From Eledone cirrhosa (Eukaryota): 64,000 nucleotides of DNA. Positions 39,045 through 52,118 of this stretch are shown here, one piece after another. Both the position numbers and the translations under genes were made by a program. The DNA lies in contig OZ024753.1 of assembly GCA_964016885.1 (NCBI GenBank), forward strand, positions 30,318,001 through 30,382,000. Reading direction: 5' to 3'. Below the pieces are notes generated by a model, which did no database searches, was not told the DNA's origin, and saw only the letters and a list, made by a program, of their open reading frames with translations. The stretch's first letter is position 1. Each line of letters begins with the position of its first letter.

Positions 39045-42000
39045 TAATAACAATAACAATAATGAAATATTGTGCACAGTGCCCAGGTGCACCACAACCC
39101 ATCAAAAAAGTGCATGTACAGTACATAGGGCAATGCACAAACATCAGTAAAATGAACAGTGCACACATGTGTGCATGTGTATGGAAGGGGCACATCAGGT
39201 GTAGTTTTGGCGTATTTCGGGAAGCATGAGTGTCTTAAAGGATGCAGTGTCTCGGCAGCTAACAATTGACGCAGGCAGTTTGTTCCATGCTTCAGCAACT
39301 CTGAGCGTGAAAAAATGTCTGCGAAAGTCATGGGAGCTGTGCTGTTTTCTTATCTTGTAGGCATGTCCACGTGTGTTAGACACATGGAGATCAAAGAGGC
39401 GCTCAGGGTTGCAGTTGGCGAGATGGTTAAAAACTTTGTGGGTATTCACCAAGTCCATTGCCAGACGTCGGAGCTTCAATGAATCCATGCCCAGGGAAGC
39501 AAGGCGTTCAGAGTATGGTAGGTGTCTGATGGAGGGTATGCGCTTGGTTGCACGTCTCTGAACAGTTTCCAGGAGGTCAATGTTCCGAGCAAGATAGGGG
39601 TTCCAGACTGATGATGCGAATTCCAAGTGTGGTCGCACCATAGCTGTATACAGTTTTAAATAGATGGCTGGAGAGCGGCTAACAAAGGTCTTGCTGAGTG
39701 ATGCCAAGACACCCTCGGCCTTCTTGACAATCTTAGAGACATGCTTTGTCCAACGCAAATCGTTGCTGACAGTAATGCCCAGGTCACGTTCACAAGAGGA
39801 CTTTTTGATGTCAGTGTTGTGGAGGGAGTATGTGGACGCTGGATTTTTCCTTCCAAAATGCATGGTGGTACACTTGTCCACAGCCAGCTTCAGTTGCCAG
39901 TCTGTGATCCATTGCTGCATTGTGTCCAGGTCTGATTGTAGGAAAGAGTTGTAAATTTCAGGATCAGTCCTTTTGATTTCAAGGTACAGCTTGATGTCAT
40001 CTGCATATTTTAGTACCGTGGCATTCTGTAAGTTGGCATCTATGTCATTAATATATGCCACAAACAAAAGGGGACCAAGAACAGATCCCTGTGGTACACC
40101 AGATGACATCTCATATGGTGAAGAATGCTGTCCTAGAACCGTGACTACTTCCTTTCGGCTGAGAATGAAGGATTTCAGCCAGTCGAAAAGATCATCCCTC
40201 ACACCCATTGCAGAGAGTTTTGCCATAAGTCTTTTGTGTGGCACAGAATTAAAAGCCTTAGCAAAGTCAAGGTAAACAACATCCACCCATGAGCCGCTGT
40301 CAGTGATCCGGGTGATGTCCTCAAGGAACTCGATAAGCTGATCACAGCAGCTGGAGTTAGGGATAAATCCAAACTGTGAGGGCCGGATGAGGCTGTGAGA
40401 GCTCCAGAAGTTCCAAAGTGTTTCTCTGACACAGGATTCCATCAGTTTGGCCATACAGCTAGTAAGACTGACTGGACGATAGTTGACAGGTGACATGCGG
40501 TTGCCCTTTTTGAACAGGGGAATGACACTGGCAGTTTTCCACTGCTCCGGAGTAGCACCATTGCTGAGACAGTATTGAAAGAAAAAAGAAAGCTGGCGCA
40601 AAAGGAAATCCCCGCCACGTTTGAGAAGCAGGTATGTCACCATCAAGACCAGGGGAGGCATAGTTGCGCTTATTCTTAAGGTGACGTCGCAACATTGCAG
40701 GTGTAAATTTCATAGTTGTTATGGAATTTGATGTTAGAGATGGTGGAGATGGTACATTCTGGTTTTCAACAGTAAAAATACTTGCATAGCACTCAGCAAT
40801 GAGTTCTGCGCATTCCTTGGGATCGTCAGTGATCTGGCTTGTGTGGGGATTGCGAAGAGGACCAACTGGAGAGTGAGGTCTCTGCTTTGAATGAACATAT
40901 TTCCAGAACACCTTACTGTCAGGATTGGTTGCGATGCACTGTTCAAATTCAAGCACTGCCTTCTTTGTCACTTGCTTGAGATGGTTAGAAGATTTATTCC
41001 GCTTTTTTCTGTTGGCATCTGATCTATGCAGTTTATATTCCCGTTCAGCGTTCCGACGTTCTTTCCTGGCAAGTCGGACTGCTGAAGTTTCCCAGATTGC
41101 ACTTTTGGGGTGGTTATTTTTCCGCTTCCGTGGCACTGATGCTGCACACGCTATCCATATTGAGTCCAGGATGCTCTGGAGTATAGAGTTCACATCTCCA
41201 GAGTTATACATCTCATGCCAGTTTGGGCGCTGTAGCTCAGTGCAGTACAAGTTCCAATCCGCCCTCTTCCAATCAAAGCAAGCAGATTGAAGATGGCTCT
41301 GGTTTTTGTTGCTGCCCTCAAGTGCCAGATTGGCAATGATCATAGCATGATCAGAGTCGCCTAGAGGTTCCTCAGTAGTACAACTGATAACCACTTCAGG
41401 AGTAGTGGTGAAGATCAGGTCCAAAGTGTTGTCACCTCTTGTTGGAGAGGTGACTACTTGTGACCAGTTTGAGTCCAGCACTAGTTCAAGGAAATCGTTT
41501 GCACCCTGTGGCCAAAGAAAGGTTTCCCAATCGATCTCAGGATGATTGAAGTCACCTGCAATAAACACATAAGTGGCTGTTTTCTTGGCAGCAACTCTGA
41601 GGATATCGCAAAGCTGTGTGTCCTGATGGTAGTTTGGGGGGGCGATAAACAACACCAAGCAGAAGTGTTGACATGGTCATACGTATGTCACAGAAAAAAA
41701 CTTCTTCCTGTGATTCGTTCAAATCAACGCAAGGAATTACCGAAAAGTTTGAACGAACGTAGACCATCACACCACCACCACGGCGGTTAATGCGGTCCTT
41801 GCGGAAAAGGTTGTACCCAGTAATGGTGAAAACCCCATCACAGAGTAAGGAATGTGCCCATGTTTCCGTGACTGTGATGAAGTCAGGGTCGATGCTTCTG
41901 ACGTAGGATTCGAACAGATGTATCTTGTTGCATAAACTGCGAGCATTTAAGGACAACAATTTGTACCCTGCTCGCAGTTTATGATGGTGTGTAGAGGGTG

Positions 42001-42095
42001 GCAGGTTGTTCTGGTTTAGTTTCCCAGAGTTGTAGCAGTTTTTACATTGCCAGTTATTGTGGGTAGATCACACTCAGACCAGCTGGTTGTATCTA
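39045..42095 (-). mobile_element. CR1-clade LINE, ORF2 (APE endonuclease plus RT) nearly complete with two frameshifts
   Basis: LNARSL..ITVTETW..GGGV..YRPP..GDFN..LDLIF..SDH (APE). YLDFAKAF, SGVPQGSVLGPLLF, YADD (RT). CR1-type C-terminus LEFASSVWNPY..TRGH..WNKLP. Short 3'UTR with TTA-type tail. Confidence 0.93.
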
Positions 42096-42352
42096 GTCAA
42101 AATATTGTGATATAACTCTTATACCATAGAGGGATATGGTATATCTAGTTTAAATACTGTAATATAACTCTCTTATGTCATAGAGGGATATCGTATATCT
42201 AGTCTAAATATTGTGATATATTAGAGAGATATGTAGTATACCTAGTCTAAATACTGTGATATAACTCTCTTATGCCATGGAAAGATATAGTATATCTAGT
42301 CTTAATACTGTGATATATCATAGAGGGATATGGTATATCTAGTCTAAATACT
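42088..42352. repeat. Degenerate ~42-53 bp tandem repeat
   Basis: TATCTAGTCTAAATACTGTGATATA...AGAGGGATAT recurs about 6 times. Confidence 0.8.
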
Positions 42353-43468
42353 GGAATACACAAGGTACATTGTTTATAGTGAACAATACATAACTCACTT
42401 CAAGTGTTTGGGCCTTACAGTCTCTGGTAATCTTTCAAGATAACCACACTCACCTAAATCTAAACATTCTCCTAAAAGTTATCTTAACCTACATCAATTG
42501 TTAACTCTTTATAAAATGTAAATGTGACCTGCATTAGAGTCTAGTCTGAAAGTATATACATTTACTTACAAATTAAATGAAGACTAAAATATGTTATGAA
42601 TAAATTTAAAATAGAAATTAAATCCCAAACGCGTCTCTTGAAAAATGCTAATAAGTATATCATATTTTGTTGATAATGAAAGAATTCTGTGTTGTAAGAA
42701 ATATGCAGTAGGAAAAGCAGTGAGTTTTTCATATTATATTGCATGCATGCCTCATGCTCCGTAAGCAGCGTGTTAAGCCAGTGCTTATCCGGATTTCATG
42801 GCATGAAGCAACTGAGAATACAAGACTCCTTCCTGGACAGGTCACCAGTCCATCAGAGTTGAACCTCCAGCTATTGCTGGTACTCATTTTCACCTAAGTA
42901 TACTGGAGCAATGTGAAATGAAGTGTTTTGCTCAAGAACACAACTTGCAACTCAGCCCAGGAATTGAACCTCCAATATTATGATCGTAAGTCCAACGCAC
43001 TTACCACCAGGCCACATGCCTTCTATTATATTACATTGTATAAAATGATTTTAATAAGTTTACAATATTGACGACTAACAAATGTGGGAGCTTCTAAGCT
43101 GTCACTCAACTTAGTAGAAATGGGAGCTAAATCTCCTTCAGATCACACATTACCAGCTTAAAAAGAGGAAGGGCTCATGGTCCTTGAACAAATTGCCTGT
43201 AAAACACACAGAATGGTTATAACTAGACTACCTTTCCTCATATATATGTTTACTCTCGATCAAGGTTGAGCTGGAGTTAAATAATAAGTGTTAATGAGAT
43301 ATCACTATATAGTGTCAGCTGTGCCAAAATAAGGTTGTGTGACATTGCTTCTAGAATCAATCAACACAGCTCAACATTGTAAAACCAGGATTTTTTTAGT
43401 GTAATACCACCACAGGTATAATGAATTGGCTAAGTTTGTTTTACCATCATGAGTTTCTGAGAATTGTG

Positions 43469-43681
43469 TTAACCCTTTAGCATTTACATTACTCTATATT
43501 TACTATTGTATTTTCATGGTAAAGGCTTTATCTCACATAATATCAAATCTACGAGATTTTGATATTTATTTCGAGAACTATACCTTAACATAAGTGTGAG
43601 CAGCTGGTTATGGCCAGTTTGAAAAGAAAGAGGTGAGAAAATTTTGGCCAGATACGGCAGGTTTAAATGCTAAAGGGTTAA
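43469..43681 (+). mobile_element. piggyBac-type MITE
   Basis: TTAA flanks and TIRs. Confidence 0.85.
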
Positions 43682-43689
43682 GGTTATGC

Positions 43690-44035
43690 ATGTCTCTGAA
43701 ATACTCAGCTATTTACATGTTCATTTTACAAGCAGCACATTCGTCACCCAATAATCTTAATCCATATGCATCACATGTCCATACCAGTACAGTCTTCTCT
43801 CTCTGCATACTACATCTGAATCCTCTTATAGCTTTGTCAGCTCATCCATGCTTTGCCATTCACACACATTAACACTATACATCCATTGGTACATACTTCA
43901 TTTCTACCTAGCCTTTGCATATCCTCAGCATTCACAGTCCATGTCTCACTATCATGCAACATTGCACATGACACACAGGTACCATACAAATGACCTTTCA
44001 TTCGTAGAGAGAAACCTTTTGTTGTCAATAATATC
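43690..44035 (-). mobile_element. Degenerate RTE fragment
   Basis: KGFSLRMKGHLY..AMLHDSETW..EDMQRL, homologous to the RTE copies above. Confidence 0.7.
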
Positions 44036-45786
44036 TGAATGTAGTGGTGTATGTGTGTGTCTGTGTTTGTGCCAGTTGCTAGAAATGTCATATCAACACT
44101 TTATAAAAAGCAAGTGGTGACATTGTCCACCATAACCAATATGTCCTGCAGCATTGCAGTTCAATGAGTGTTTAACACCATTTGCCATACTTTAAAAAAA
44201 AAAAAAAAAAGTAAAAACGTATATGGTATAGATTAGCATCAGGAAGGGCATCTGGCTGCAGAAAACCTGCCACTGTTTCATTCCAATCCATAATATATAT
44301 AATTATATATATTTGTGAAGGCGCAGGCTGAGTGGTTAGTGAATTCGTAATTGTGAGGTTATGATTTCGATTCCTGGACCGGATAATGCGTTTTGTCTTT
44401 GAGCAAGACACATTATTTCATGTTGCTCCTTCTGTCTGGATTTGCAGAGATAGTATTAGCAATTGGAAAGACCAATGGAAACATTGTTTCTTCGCTCCGA
44501 TTTAACGAGCTCTACCACACTCATTAAGCGAATGAAGTCTGGAATCTTGTCAATCGTATATATATATATATATATCATCATCATCATCATCATTTAAAGG
44601 CTGTTTTTTTCTTTACACTAAAGTAAAGGCAATGAAGAATAAGTTATCTTAGTGATAAATTTCTAGAATGCTAAGTAAATGTAACCACACCTATAATTTG
44701 TTGTGGTTGTGATTAAATTTGGTTTGTTTTTGTAGGAGCTGTAATGCTATTAAACCACTTGTGACTTTCAGTTGGATAAATTAGGAGGTATTTAATGGAC
44801 CATCACTAATTAGATCATCTTCATTAACAATAATAATAATAATTGTTTCTGCAGCAATTTGAAGGGGAGGCGAAAGTCGATTAAAGACCACAGTGCATTC
44901 CTGGTACTTTATTTTACCAACTGTAGAAAGATGAAAGGTAAAGCTGAACTTCAGTAAGATTTGAACTCAGAACATAAGTACAGGTTGGCACAATCGGTAG
45001 AGCATCGGACAACAGGCTTTGCAGAATTTGTTCTAAATCTTTACATAATATAAGACAAAGATACATTAAATATAAGATTTCTTCTTATCCTTTCAAGGTA
45101 CAGATTTGACAGAGATGTTATTAAGTCAAATTAATAATTGCTTCTACTTTAGGCACAAGGCCAGCAATTACCCAGTGCATTACTGGTACTTTATTTTATC
45201 GACCCCGTAAGGATGAAAGACAAAGTCAACCTCGGCGGGATTTGAACTCAGATCGTAAAGGGACGTAACTATGCTGGAAAGCATGGTGTCCGACTCTCTA
45301 CCGATACTGCCAATCCACCGCCCTAAGTCAAATTAATAATGCCTTGGTATTTTTTCTGGCTTCCTGTGTTCTGTGTTCAGACCCTACTGAGGTCAACTTT
45401 GCCTAGCATCCTTTCGAGGTTGCAAACAAAGAAAAAGTGTTGGTGTCAAGAAGTGCATCCAGCTGTAAAACATTACCCGAAAAAGTCCCGTCTAACCCAT
45501 GCCAACATAAAAACGATGATGATGGTGTATATTGCTGACCTCTCCCATTATCTCAAGTCAAACTATAATATACAATTCATTCTGTTCTAGATTGATAAGT
45601 TATCTATTGAAGTATTTCCGTTTATTTTATAAACAATCTACAGGATTTCTCCCTGAGGTTATGTTGCTGCAACTTCTCAGATTAATAAATTCAGTCTTCA
45701 GAAAATTCCTCAGCGTTTCTTTTCTCTAATAGTACTGATATTAAAAAAACAAACAAACAAAAAATAGATATAACTCTCTTTCTCTC

Positions 45787-45850
<64 letters not shown>

Positions 45851-45855
<5 letters not shown>

Positions 45856-45968
45856 AATGAGTAGGACCCCGACGGCTGAGCTCAAGCTGTTTCGACGGCT
45901 AATTCTGGAGTATTGAGTACTTTGGTGCATTATGGTCCATCTGGTTCCGTACCACATTTCCTTCGTTA
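45851..45968. mobile_element. Second copy of the 5315-5488 family, internally inverted, in (TA)n
   Basis: Shares GACCCCGACGGCTGAGCTCAAGC and GTATTGAGTACTTTGGTGC...CCACATTTCCTTCGT. Flanked by (TA)n on both sides. Confidence 0.6.
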
Positions 45969-46438
45969 TATATATATATATATAGATATATATGTGTATA
46001 TATATATATGTGTGAAGGTGCATGGCTTAGTGGTTAGAGCATTGGGCTTGCAATCGAAAGGTTGAGTTCAATTCTCAGACCGGGTGATGTGTTGTTTCCT
46101 TGAGCAAGACACTTTATTTCACATTGCTCCAGTTTACTCAGCTGTAGAAATGAGGTGATAGGACTAGGGATCCCTATCATTCCACTGCAAAGTGGTCGTG
46201 AAGGTGCCACAGCAAAAAAGCACCCAGCCCACACTGTAAAGTGGACGTGTAGGCGCCACGGTAAAAAAGCACCCACCACTCACTATAAATGAGGTTGATG
46301 TTAGGAAGGGCATCCAGCTGTAGAAATCAAGCCAGAATCAATTCCCGTATGAGCAAGACAAGGTCAGCTGACCGGGCACAACAACACAACCCGTCTAACC
46401 CATGCTAGCGTGGAAGAACAGACGTAAAACGGTGATGA

Positions 46439-46488
<50 letters not shown>

Positions 46489-48613
46489 CTTTCATTTATC
46501 TCTTTCTCATGCTCTTTATCTTATCTCTCTCTTCTCTTCTCCCCCCCCCCCAACTTTCTCACTCCCCCCTCTCAATTGTATCAATAGGAATGCCTGGGAT
46601 AGATGTTGGACCTCTGTCAGTTCCAACAAAGGCTGGCCCTTTGAATTACAGGTATAACTCATTTTTGCCAGCTGAGTGGACAGGAGCAACATAAAATAAA
46701 GTATCTTGCTCAAGAAGAACGCAATGCATGGGCAAGAATTGAACTGCTGACTTTACAATTATGAGAAGAATACCCTCACCACTAAGCCACATACTTCCAT
46801 AAGTAGTGACTTAGTGGTGAAATATTCTCTCATAAAAATTACTTTCATAAAAGGTTAAGGCACTGAATTACCAATCTAAATGTTAGAAGCTGAAATTGTT
46901 CAACTTGTACTATATCAGTAGACCAGATTATTCCACTTATCTTAATCAGTGTGGCTAGAAATAAATACCATTCTGATTTTGTTGTAACTAGGTGTTTAGC
47001 ATTCATTCATTCAGTTATTTCTTCTCATGAAAGAGGAATTGATTTTGGTATTTTTATGCCATTTAGTTCTACGTTCTATCATACCAAGTAGTTCCCTCCC
47101 TTGGTGTACTCTAAGAAAAGTCAGTTAACAACTGCTCAGTGTCTTGCCTAGCATCGGTAATCAGAAAGAAATAAGAAATTCCTTCTTCTTCCCAGCTAAC
47201 TGATCCATTTGACCATTATGGTATTAGTGTTAGGTATGGTGTTAGTGTTAATATGGCATTTGGTTGTAGTCATGCATCATAATGAACCATCCTTGTGAAA
47301 AAAACAGTGTATTCAGCTCATTTTTAAGAAATTGTGGTTACTGACTTGAATTGCTATTTTGTTCCAACCTTTGACCAATAGATTCATTAACTGTTTTTTT
47401 ATTACCATATTCCTCATGAAAGACATTGCCTATGATGCTCAAATAATTAAGAATTTGAAAGGATTTAGTAAGATAACTGATTTTTTCATTTTATTATTAA
47501 GCTGGTGCTTGGAACATAACTTAACGAAAGTTTTTACATAAAATTATGATGGAAGATTTTAGTACAAATATAAACACCTTAAAATAAACAGCTTGGTATC
47601 ATAGAACCAAGGGTAGTTTTGGGCAGTTAATAATATCGATATTGAAGATATGACTATCTATTATGGCATTTCAGTGGGCCTTAGAATGCTAGGCAGTGCC
47701 CATCTCTTCAAGTCCCTCACTAAGTTTAGCCTGCCAGCAATAGTAGTTTCCAGGTTGTAGCTGACAAAAATTTCAGAGCCAAAAGTGAGTCAGATGAGAA
47801 CCAATGTACCCTTCCATCCCTAAGGATGCTGCTGCTGGACATCAAGGTATTCTCTCTACTTGAACACCTCAATGGTGAAAAGACAGAGGCTTGCCTGATT
47901 TGGCCATTTATCCTGCCACAACTCCTTGTCTAAAACCACCCCAAGGGCACAGTCGAGGGAGAGTGAAGAAGAAGCAAAGAAAATGCTGGTCTGGCAACAT
48001 CAATGACTGGGCTGATCATGATCACAACATTAAAACCCTTCTGTGCATGACAGAGACTAGAAACCAGTGGTGTTGGCTGACTACAAAAGCATCTATACTG
48101 GCACCCCAACAACTGGCTGCTCCAGTTGCAGGAACATGATCAGGATGATGATTATACTGAAGATTGACCAAACTCTTTTGTATCATCCTGGTAGTATTTT
48201 TATGGAAGATGGAATACATCTCCCAAAATCTTTGTTTGACTTTGAACTGTTGACCTCATGAAATATTTTACCTTAGAGCAACTTTTTAATTGGTTGTCTT
48301 TATCAATAAGCTTTGTTGTTCTTGAGTGCAATGTCGACTATGTCAGTATTATCTGAATGAGTTTACATAAATTAAAAGATAACATTGACTTTAAATAGCT
48401 GTTCCAATTTACTTAAAAGGGAAGGTTGTTTTGTAGATAATTTTTAATATTTTAGTATGTAGTATCTTTCATGATAACAATATATATTTTCCACCTAACT
48501 ACATGTTTTATTTGTTGTGGCGGAAATGGTTTGTTTTTAAAGTCATTTCAAGTTGGTGCTACAAGCTCAACACATTTAACAAATGAGAACACAGTGAAAT
48601 AATTAAAACAGCA

Positions 48614-48779
48614 ATGTCTGTGATTGAATATGAAAACATTCCAGCAAATTTTACAATTCCTCATAATCCAGAAGGTTTCTCCAAACTGACATATTTAGAC
48701 CGTCTTGATGCTATACGCTATCGTATATCAAAGTTATTAATGCGGTGTAGGATGGAACAGCAGCCCAAAATAACAAAAG
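48614..48779 (+). CDS. Candidate alternative first coding exon of TRAK/Milton (MSVIEYENIPANF...EQQPKITK)
   Basis: ATG, 55 open codons in non-repetitive sequence, then AAAAG|GTTGGT donor in phase 1, compatible with the 58891 exon (G+TC=V-LCAQR). Confidence 0.55.
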
Positions 48780-48898
48780 GTTGGTGATTTATTTACCATG
48801 TCTCTCAATATCTCTTGATTAGTAGACAATGTAATTGTGTTTTAATATACCAGTATAACTCTCAGGAAAGGTATGTATTAAAGTAGTATATTTGTAGC

Positions 48899-49111
48899 TT
48901 AACCTTTTAGCATTTAAACTGGCTGTATCCAGCCAGAATTCTCTCAGCTCTTTCTGTTCAAACTGGCTGTAACTGGCCACTCATACTGATGTTGAAGTAT
49001 TGTTCTCAAAATAAGTAACATAAAAATCTCATACATTTGATATGTGAGGTAAAGAATTTACCATGAAAATATAATAGTAAATATAGAGTTATGTAAAAGC
49101 TAAAGGGTTAA
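48899..49111 (-). mobile_element. piggyBac-type MITE
   Basis: TTAA flanks and near-intact TIRs. Confidence 0.8.
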
Positions 49112-50280
49112 CATAGTTATTGATAATCTTTGTTTATATTTGTATCACCTAATCAAATCCTGCTGGGGTTACCTTTTCCTTTCGTCCTTACAGTGTTGCT
49201 GAAATAAAGTACCAGCAACACAGTGGGGTAAATTTAATCAACTTTCCCCTTCCCGTAAATCAGAGTTCCTATCTATATCCCCAATAATCATAGTGTGATG
49301 ATGGATTCACTGCCATATTTCTCATGAAAAACACTGCCTTTTATTTTCAAGTAATTTGATGGATTTTGTAATATAAGTAACATTGCTGGTGGATTCCAGT
49401 TTCAGTAGAGCATCAGACATGCTTTGCAGCATAGTTACATCCCTTAATTTCTGAGTTAAAATCCCGCTGAGGTTAGCTTTGCCTTTCATCCCTACAGGGT
49501 TAATAAAATAAAGCACCAGTAATGCACTGGGGTCAATTTAATCGACTTTCCCCTCTTACAAAATTGTTGGCTTTGTGCCTAAATCAGAAACCATTATTAA
49601 TGCTGGTGTTTGGAATATAGCGTGACTCATGTTCTTGGATAAAATTATGGTGGAAGGTTTTAGATAAATATAAGCATTTTAAAAGGGGCAAGTTGGTATC
49701 AAATGGGTTAGGCGACTCTCTGGGTGAATGAGTGAGTAAAAGTTCACCATAATAATTGTTTCTACTTTTGGCACAAGGCCAGCAATTACCCAGTGCATTA
49801 CTGGTACTTTATTTTATCGACCCTGTAAGGATGAAAGGCAAAGTTAACCTTGGCGGGATTTGAACTCAGAATGGCAAGGATGTAACTTTATGCGTCAAAA
49901 CATGGCGTCCGAACCCCTACTGATACTGCCAATCCACACCATAATAATATTTAGACATTTGCTATATTGTACATTGCTAAAAATATTGGTCCTTCCTTTA
50001 AACTGTTTGAGATGCTTCTACAAAGAAAATATAACCATGTTGGCAAAATACAACAAGAATACAGTTAAAACATCTGAATCTGAAGACAAAGAGATGTATT
50101 TATATTCTTGAAGAAATTTTTTTTTTTTCTAACAGAAATTAAAAGTTAACATATCTTGGCTGATTTTCAGCATGGCATTTTTGTTCTAGAAAGAAAAAAA
50201 AACAAACAATTTCTTCAAGAATATAAATACATCTTTGTCTTAAGATTCAGATGTTTTAATCCTTTAGCATTCACATTATA

Positions 50281-52118
50281 TTGCCGGTGTACTTAGTGTC
50301 ACAAATGATCAGAAAAAGGAGGGCTGGAAATGTCATTATGAGAGACTGATGAATGTGGAGAACGAATGGGAGAGAGAGAAATTACCCTCAGTAGATCCGA
50401 CAGACAGACCAGCTATTGAGATTGACGAATATAGGGTCCAAGAGGCGATTAAGGAAATGAAAAATGGTAAGGCTGCTGGACCATTGGGGATAGTTGCTGA
50501 GATGCTGAAGGCATCAGGGGACGTAGGCACTAAACTGGTTGCACGCATCATCAATCAGGCTATATATGGTGGTGTCATACCCAAAGACTAGTGCAGCAGT
50601 ATTCTCATAAATTGCTACAAAGGTAAAGGGGATGCTCTGGAGAGGAGCAATTATAGGGGTATAAAACTGATGGATCAGGTCATGAAAGTGGCAGAAAGGA
50701 TATTAGCACAACTAATTAGAGAAAGGGTCAAACTAGATGAGATGCAGTTTGGTTTTGTGCCTGGGAAGAGTACAACAGATGCCCTCTTCTTGGTGAGACA
50801 ATTACAAGAGAGGTTCTTAGAGAAAAATAACCCACTATACTTAGCCTCTGTTGACCTAGAGAAGGCCTTTGATAGGGTACCCCGATCTGTCATCTGGTGG
50901 TCCCTAAGGAAACTAGGTGTTGAGGAATGGCTTGTGAGGACAGTGCAAACTTTGTACAGAGGCACTGTCAGTAAAGTCAGAGTAGGAATGGAGTTTAGTG
51001 GGGAATTCCAGGTACAAGTAGGAGTACATCAAGGTTCAGTCCTCAGTCCGCTCTTGTTCATTATAGTCCTCCAAGCCATAATAGAGGAGTTTAAGACTGG
51101 CTGTCCATGGGAACTTCTCTATGCTGACGATCTGGTTCTTATAGCAGAATCAGTAGAGGAGCTAGAGAATAAATTCTGGCTATGGAAACAGCAGTTGGAA
51201 GCAAGAGGACTGAGAGTGAACCTAGCTAAGACAAAAGTGTTGATGAGTAGAAAAGAGGACAAAATTCTGATTCCATCAGGGAAATGGCCATGTTCAATAT
51301 GCAGAAAAGGAACTGGCATAAATTCTATAAAATGCACACAATGCAGATTCTGAGTACACAAGAGATGTAGCGGGATAGCAGGCAAACTAACAGGTAGGGA
51401 GAAATACATATACAGTAGATGTACAGGGAAATTAGACAGTAGAAGTCGCATTGATAGACACATTTTTCAAATGCAGGCGGGTGCTATAGAAGTGGTGGAT
51501 AGCTTCCAGTACCTAGGAGATCAGGTTAGCATGGGAGGGGAGTGTTTCCGAGGCCATAGTATCTAGAATAAGGACGGGTTGGAAGAAGTTTAGGGAGCTG
51601 CTTCCTCTGTTAATGAAGAAGGGTTTCTCCCTGCGTACGAAAGGCCAGTTATATGATGCCTGTGTGAGGAGCGTGATGCTGCATGGTAGTGAGACATGGG
51701 CAGCAACTGCAGAGGATATGCGCTGGCTGGAGAGAAATGAGGCAAGCATGCTCCGTTGGATGTGCAATGTCAATGTGCGTGAACGACCCAGCATGAATGT
51801 GTTGAGAGAGAAACTGTGTCTGAGAGGGATAGAATGTAGTGTGCGAGAGAGGAGACTGAGGTGGTATGGACATGTGATGTGCATGGAGGATGACCGATGG
51901 GTGAAGAAGTGCCAGGAAATGCCAGTTGAAGGAAGACGTGGTAGAGTTAGATCACGAAAAACATGGGCGGAGGTGGTGAGAACAGACCTCAGATCGCTGA
52001 AGCTCACGGTGGAGATGACGAAGGACCGTAACAAGTGGAGAGATGCTGTGTTGAATAAGACCCGTCCCACCCTTGCAAGTAGGAAAAGCGGGCGTAAAAT
52101 GATGATGATGATGATGAT
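50281..52118 (+). mobile_element. RTE-clade LINE, 5'-truncated, RT plus C-terminus, with stops and a frameshift
   Basis: QFGFVPGKSTTDA, VDLEKAFDRV, GVHQGSVLSPLLF, LYADDL, a Cys/His finger, LHGSETW, RRLRWYGHV, and (GAT)n tail. Confidence 0.92.
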
